Below, in pieces: positions 62,073 to 62,945 of a stretch of 62,945 bases of DNA; position 1 is the stretch's first letter; each line of letters begins with the position of its first letter. Position numbers and translations under genes: made by a program. Source of the DNA: Macrostomum lignano (lineage: Eukaryota). The notes below the pieces were generated by a model. The model searched no databases. It saw only the letters and a program-made list of their open reading frames with translations, and was not told where the DNA came from. The DNA lies in assembly GCA_002269645.1 (NCBI GenBank), contig NIVC01004046.1, positions 1 to 62,945 on the forward strand, read 5' to 3'.

Positions 62073-62698
62073 ATTGTATTGTATTCTGTCGATTGAATTT
62101 TCCACAGTACGGATGTGGAAGCGAGACAGAGGAAAATTCCCCTTATTAGGAACAGTGGATGATGAGGAATTAGTTCAAACGGGCCCTGCAGTAGCCTGCT
62201 TCGGTAGCCATGCATACTGAAGTAGCTAGAAACTGTGCAATCGTCTTTCTGAACCTGCAGTCATTAGAAATTTAAAGAACTACTTCCTAAACTTATCCAA
62301 TAATCGCGATATTCATCAATTCGATTCGTATGATTAAGACCTAATATCTCGTGCTATCGAGTGCAGATCGAGTGCGGTGGTCCGCACTATCAGCTGGGAA
62401 GATGCATCATCAAGTCCAGGAACAAGCAGAATGAAAGTCTCAAAAAGCAGCAAAACTCTGAACAGCACGTGGACGCAAATGAAACCGCAGTTCAAGCAAG
62501 CAGAATACGACAAAAAGCTACTCCCAGTTCAATCAAAATTTTCAGATTACAGCAATACAGCAAAACGGCAAAGCAGCTGATTGTATTGTATTCTGTCGAT
62601 TGAATTTTCCACAGTACGGATGTGGAAGCGAGACAGAGGAAAATTCCCCTTATTAGGAACAGTGGATGATGAGGAATTAGTTCAAACGGGCCCTGCAG
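62073..62698. repeat. 119-bp exact direct duplication (62073-62191 and 62580-62698)
   Basis: ATTGTATTGTATTCTGTCG...GGGCCCTGCAG is present twice, 507 bp apart. Confidence 0.9.
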
Positions 62699-62945
62699 AA
62701 GACGCCTGAGTGTCTCATTCTTGCTAGTTGTTTAACTTTGATGAGTGACGCAGCGCTGGAAGCTATTTCGTAATAGTACATGTAGCCCATTACAGATTTT
62801 AGCTGAACCATGATTACCCCTAAAATTGGAATGCTATTCAATAGCTACTCTTAGAAGAGTCGTGTAGACGAAGGGTACAACTAATTTTCTAAAACGAAAA
62901 CCTAAACCATGAAACTACCTTGATAGTTAATGCAATCGTCTTTCT

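Overview
Eukaryotic (metazoan, invertebrate) genomic DNA with spliceosomal introns. Exons are mostly GC-rich, and introns and intergenic gaps are packed with minisatellites. That style is consistent with a free-living flatworm such as Macrostomum; this is inference and not verifiable here. Left part, minus strand: a co-oriented cluster DNAAF4/DYX1C1 (4 exons) > SNRNP48-like (single exon, no CHHC zinc finger) > TAF1A-like > secreted WSC-domain protein > an orphan exon. Middle: a 17.8-kb element (23518-41291) bounded by CCCGGTGT terminal inverted repeats with TT flanks. It contains two head-to-tail Helitrons (one with a spliced OTU-Rep-PIF1 gene carrying frameshifts), several satellites and a LINE fragment. 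Right part: a 3-exon CYP2-clan P450 (minus), a hAT MITE, a tRNA-derived SINE, a multi-exon MFS transporter (plus), and three paralogous secreted PAN-like + LamG/ConA-like genes (one pseudogene; two intact copies in inverted orientation, identical over 160 aa and divergent over the last 144 aa). There are no prokaryotic features, rRNA or CRISPR arrays. Exon boundaries were derived by hand from splice signals and reading-frame phase. Gene names come from remembered motif similarity, not from database searches.
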